A stretch of 64,000 nucleotides of DNA from the NCBI GenBank assembly GCA_963775685.1, contig CAVZJV010000014.1:448001-512000 (forward strand), given 5' to 3'. This document shows positions 60,191 through 64,000 of this stretch, in pieces. Both the position numbers and the translations under genes were made by a program. The notes below the pieces were generated by a model, which worked only from the letters and a program-made list of their open reading frames with translations, ran no database searches and was not told the origin of the DNA. How positions within the stretch are numbered: position 1 is the first letter of the stretch; every line of letters starts with the position of its first letter. The DNA is from Candidatus Bathyarchaeota archaeon. Lineage in GTDB: Archaea; Thermoproteota; Bathyarchaeia; Bathyarchaeales; Bathycorpusculaceae.

Positions 60191-61792
60191 TTATCCAAGG
60201 AATGTAAGTATCAAGATTCTTCGAGGGTTTGCGCCAAATGTAGCTTCTTGAGTTATTTGGCTAAAGTTGCCTGAGGCATAGAGTTGTTCGTAAATGTGCT
60301 GCAGGTTCAGGGTTGTGTTGTAATAAGGTATGGTGCCTCCTTGTTCGTAGGTAAAGAGGAATTTAACGTTGTACTGATCGCACTGACGGATTAGTTCAGT
60401 AAGGTTGAAGGTGGGTGTGTAGGTGTCAACGGGCAAGGCGGGGTACTGATGGGTTTGGATTTGGTTATTTCCATTTTTGGCGAGATAGAAGGTTATCATA
60501 TCTTGACTAAAGAAATTGAATGGCGAGAGGACCATAATTGATTGGTTGTTCTGCATATGGCTTAGAGCGTAGATTGTAGCGGGTTCCAATTCTATTCGGA
60601 TATTATAAAATGTTGTTAGGGAGTAGCTGTCATATATGCTATAAGCCACCGCTCCAGCAGTCACCGCAATCAACACACCAGCGACAATCTTTGCGTTCTG
60701 CCTCTTGTTTGCACCCACCCGCCTCTTCCAGCTATCCACTTTACCGAACACAAACAGAATCAACACTGCGGCGGAAATCGCCAACGTAGGAAACAGCGCC
60801 ATCACATACCGCCACTCCTTGTTTGTTATGAGCGAGAAAAAGACCAAGATGCTTAGGAACCATATGAAGGTAAACTTGTCACTTTTGCAGTGTCTCCACA
60901 CAAGAAAACCTAAACCGGCTAACCCAAAGATATAGAGAAAAAGCGAAATGGGGTGGACACTGTTGTAGGGCCAAACTACATCTATTAGGTAGAACACAGG
61001 TGAGGGATATCGGTCGCTATATACTGATTTTTCTGGGTTGCCGACTTGCAGAGCGTACAACCATTGGCTGAATACCTTAGATGCATACACTTGATAGGCA
61101 GCGACTACCCATGGAACTACCACTAAAACTGTCGCAAAAACCAGAACGGCAAACCTTGAAAACACCCGTTTAAGCTGTCCCCTAGCCAAAACCAGTAGAC
61201 TTACAACCATAATCACAACGGCAACGACAGCTTGGTATTTAGCTAAAAATCCCAAACCTACAGCTACACCAGCCAAAACCAAGTATTTGTCTTGCCTATA
61301 ATTTAGCCAACGGAAAAAGAAGAGAAGCGCCAAAATAACAAAGAACAGAAGCATCGTTTCCAACAAAGCCATGCGGCTGAGCCAAAAGTAACCAGGCATA
61401 ATCCCCAGCAAAACGACCGAGAGGAAAGCAGTTTTACCGTTATACATGTTATATGCGAGCTCAAAAACTGCCCCGAGAGAAAGAACCGAGAAAACCGCTG
61501 AAACCAGACGCGCCGAAAACAGGCTTGTGCCAAAGGCTTGGAAAGATATGGCGGTTGCTATGTCGTAGAGGGGAGGATAGAAGGCGTTGGATACGTATTT
61601 GGTGTAGAGTCCCGCGTTTAAGGTTAAACTACCGTTGAGGTGAACCACTTCATCCCATTGCAACGGCATGTTGGTCAAGTTCAGAAGGAGAACCACGGCG
61701 TATGATAGAGAAAAAAATAGAAACCCCACTCGCCAAATGGTAAAGGATGCCCTAAATTTCAGTAGCAATTGTGAATTTGACGGGTCAATCAT
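60191..61792 (-). CDS. GT-C glycosyltransferase (ArnT/PMT, family 39-like)
   Basis: WDE, YPPLY, ARL.S, SR.ALLE, G.GFLAKY, KEWRY. Confidence 0.85.
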   Translation of the reverse strand: MIDPSNSQLLLKFRASFTIWRVGFLFFSLSYAVVLLLNLTNMPLQWDEVVHLNGSLTLNAGLYTKYVSNAFYPPLYDIATAISFQAFGTSLFSARLVSAVFSVLSLGAVFELAYNMYNGKTAFLSVVLLGIMPGYFWLSRMALLETMLLFFVILALLFFFRWLNYRQDKYLVLAGVAVGLGFLAKYQAVVAVVIMVVSLLVLARGQLKRVFSRFAVLVFATVLVVVPWVVAAYQVYASKVFSQWLYALQVGNPEKSVYSDRYPSPVFYLIDVVWPYNSVHPISLFLYIFGLAGLGFLVWRHCKSDKFTFIWFLSILVFFSLITNKEWRYVMALFPTLAISAAVLILFVFGKVDSWKRRVGANKRQNAKIVAGVLIAVTAGAVAYSIYDSYSLTTFYNIRIELEPATIYALSHMQNNQSIMVLSPFNFFSQDMITFYLAKNGNNQIQTHQYPALPVDTYTPTFNLTELIRQCDQYNVKFLFTYEQGGTIPYYNTTLNLQHIYEQLYASGNFSQITQEATFGANPRRILILTFLG

Positions 61793-61918
61793 TTTCTCAT
61801 CAATCTAAAAGCGTTTGCTCCTATTGCATGTTAGGGGATATAAAACCTTCCAAGCTCAGAGTCTTATCCAGGGCGCTTTTAGAAACGCTAAAATTCCCCA
61901 TAACACCACTTGTTTTGT

Positions 61919-62974
61919 ATGCCGTATAATGAACTAAGAAAAGATTACTTGCTTGACCGATGGGTAATAATCGCGACAGAACGAAGCCGCCGACCCATCG
62001 ACCTCGCAAAACCCAAGCCGGAAACTGCTAAAACAACGGTTTGCCCGATGTGCCTTGGCAATGAAAACATGACGCCGCCAGCTATAATGCTTTATCAAAA
62101 AGAGAATGGCGAAATAAAACGTAGCCAAGATCAACTGACGGGGGAAAGAACAAAAAACTGGCTTGTTCGAGTTATTCCAAACCTCTATCCAGCGTTTAGC
62201 CCCCCCAAACACCCCCAGGATGAAAAACAAATCATAAAAAACGATTATTTGTGGAACGCAATAGGTCATCACGAAGTCATCGTTGAATCCCCCAACCATA
62301 ACGAAGACCCCGCTGAAACCGAGTTGCCTCAACTTGAACTGGTCATAAACGCCTACATCGACCGGTTAAAAGAGTTAAGCACCAAACCATACGTAAAGTA
62401 TGTTTCGATTTTCCGCAATTATGGCTTGGAAGCTGGAGCATCGCTATCTCATACCCACAGCCAAATCATCGCAACTCCGATGGTTCCCACAACAGTGCGA
62501 GAAGAGCAAAAAGCCTGCAAAACATTCTACGATAACCACGGCAAATGCTTGTTCTGCGACATCCTTGATGGAGAAGTGAAGGGGCCACGGCTTGTTTCTG
62601 AGGATGAGGCATTTGTGGTTTTAGCGCCTTACGCGAGCATTAACCCCATGGAATTCTGGATAATTCCCAAAAGACACGCCTCAAACATCCTAAACCTTTC
62701 AGCGGCAGAAATTGCGGCATTTGCTAAAACCCTAAAAACCAGCCTTAAAGCCCTAAAAGATATAGTAAAAGACCCCCCATACAACTACGGCATCCACCTA
62801 TCTGTAAACCAAGAAGACAAAGAAAGCTACCACTGGCACATAGAAGTTTACCCGAAACTCTCCACTTGGGCAGGCTTTGAGAAGAGCACAGGAGTCTACA
62901 TCAACACGGTCACACCAGAAAACGCTGCGGAGAGCTTAAGAAAAACACTAAAACCTATAGCCCCAATTCATTAG
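61919..62974 (+). CDS. galT: Galactose-1-phosphate uridylyltransferase
   Basis: ELRKD, RSRRP, CP.C.GNE, PNLYPA, GASLSHTHSQ, YHWHIE, AGFE. Confidence 0.92.
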   Translation: MPYNELRKDYLLDRWVIIATERSRRPIDLAKPKPETAKTTVCPMCLGNENMTPPAIMLYQKENGEIKRSQDQLTGERTKNWLVRVIPNLYPAFSPPKHPQDEKQIIKNDYLWNAIGHHEVIVESPNHNEDPAETELPQLELVINAYIDRLKELSTKPYVKYVSIFRNYGLEAGASLSHTHSQIIATPMVPTTVREEQKACKTFYDNHGKCLFCDILDGEVKGPRLVSEDEAFVVLAPYASINPMEFWIIPKRHASNILNLSAAEIAAFAKTLKTSLKALKDIVKDPPYNYGIHLSVNQEDKESYHWHIEVYPKLSTWAGFEKSTGVYINTVTPENAAESLRKTLKPIAPIH

Positions 62975-63174
62975 CTCTTTTTTGTTTAAGATAAGCTTAG
63001 TCAAGAAACCTGCGCCAAAACCACCTAACTGGAAGAGACGAATAACTCGTGGGGCAACATAGGTTTACAAACATTTAGTTGAAGTTTCAGCGCCAGAAAA
63101 TTTCCTTCCACAATAGGCGACGCTATTTTTGTCGTTTCAGTATTTGCAATCAATGCGGGATTTGGTTGTTTATC

Positions 63175-64000
63175 TTAAAAAACGGCACCATTAACCAGTC
63201 GCCCGAACCGAGGTTTAATCTGCAAAATATCTTCCACGTAAGCGCGCAATGGCTCAGCAACGCTCCATGCTTGGGAAATGCAGCCGCGGGGTTCGTTTGG
63301 TGGGTCGCAGTCGTAGATTTCGTTTATGGTTCCTAAACCACCTTGGTGAATTCCTGTGGAAAAAAGGGGCAGAACTAAATTTTCTAGTGTTTGTTGTCTT
63401 GCCTGTGCCGTGTATTCGTTGACTTTTAGATACGCCGTAACGTAGGGACCAAGTAGCCAAGGCCAAATTGTGCCGTTATGGTAAGCCATGTCCCTGCTTC
63501 GACTGTCACCTGAGCATTTGCCGACAAACTTGGGGTCGCTTACTGACAAAGTCTTCAACCCATAAGGCGTCACAAGCTCACGGTTCACAGTTTCCACTAC
63601 TTTCTGCATTTTACCGTTGTCAAGCATGGTGTAATCCAAGGAAACTGCGAATATTTGGTTGGGACGAATGGAAGCGTCAGGAGCTCTATCGACGACGTCG
63701 AAAAGGCAGTTTTCTTTCGAGTTCCAGAATTTCTCGTTAAAGTTTTGCCGGGTCTGGTTTGCCATTGAATCATATTTTTCAGCCAAAGAAGAGTCCTCTA
63801 ATTTGTTGGCAAGTACCTCCATTATACGCAGAGTGTTGTACCATAGGGCTTGGATTTCCACGGCTTTACCTGTTCGCGGCGTAATCACATCGTTTCCAAC
63901 AGCGGCATCCATCCAAGTAAGCCTTGGACCGTGCATAAGCAAACCGTCATCGTCCACGTGAATGCCAAACAAGGTGCCTTTTTTATGGGTCTCAACTATA
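63175..64000 (-). CDS. Glycogen debranching enzyme (amylo-alpha-1,6-glucosidase), 5' part outside window
   Basis: LTWMDA, TPR.GKAVEIQALWYN, RPNQ, YHNGTIWPWL, QAWSVAE. Confidence 0.92.
   Translation of the reverse strand, partial: IVETHKKGTLFGIHVDDDGLLMHGPRLTWMDAAVGNDVITPRTGKAVEIQALWYNTLRIMEVLANKLEDSSLAEKYDSMANQTRQNFNEKFWNSKENCLFDVVDRAPDASIRPNQIFAVSLDYTMLDNGKMQKVVETVNRELVTPYGLKTLSVSDPKFVGKCSGDSRSRDMAYHNGTIWPWLLGPYVTAYLKVNEYTAQARQQTLENLVLPLFSTGIHQGGLGTINEIYDCDPPNEPRGCISQAWSVAEPLRAYVEDILQIKPRFGRLVNGAVF

Overview
Archaeal DNA, most consistent with Bathyarchaeia/TACK. This is inferred from a methanofuran mfnBADFE cluster, a CdvB/ESCRT-III homologue, a Cren7/CC1-like chromatin protein, TFS and a proteasome alpha subunit. 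About 0.5-38 kb is an accessory, partly decaying region. It holds two intact IS1182 copies plus a 131-bp MITE (all three inserted in copies of one ~45-bp tRNA-like dispersed repeat), a broken IS5-like element, a frameshifted CheB/CheR-histidine kinase, stress/detox genes, and two paralogous ABC-exporter modules with a shared palindromic operator. The standout is a candidate RiPP locus at 12.6-18.0 kb: an RRE-radical SAM/SPASM enzyme, two precursors with a tandem-repeat Cys-rich core between a helical leader and follower, a B12-dependent radical SAM, and a methyltransferase fused to a core-less copy of the precursor scaffold. A second candidate RiPP locus at 49.3-54.0 kb has an NHLP/Nif11-like precursor, a radical SAM/SPASM with C-terminal RRE and two uncharacterised proteins. 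Two tandem C/D-box-like sRNAs, several small ORFs missing from the ORF track and probable ATT starts were also seen. All family assignments come from motif recognition by eye, not database searches.
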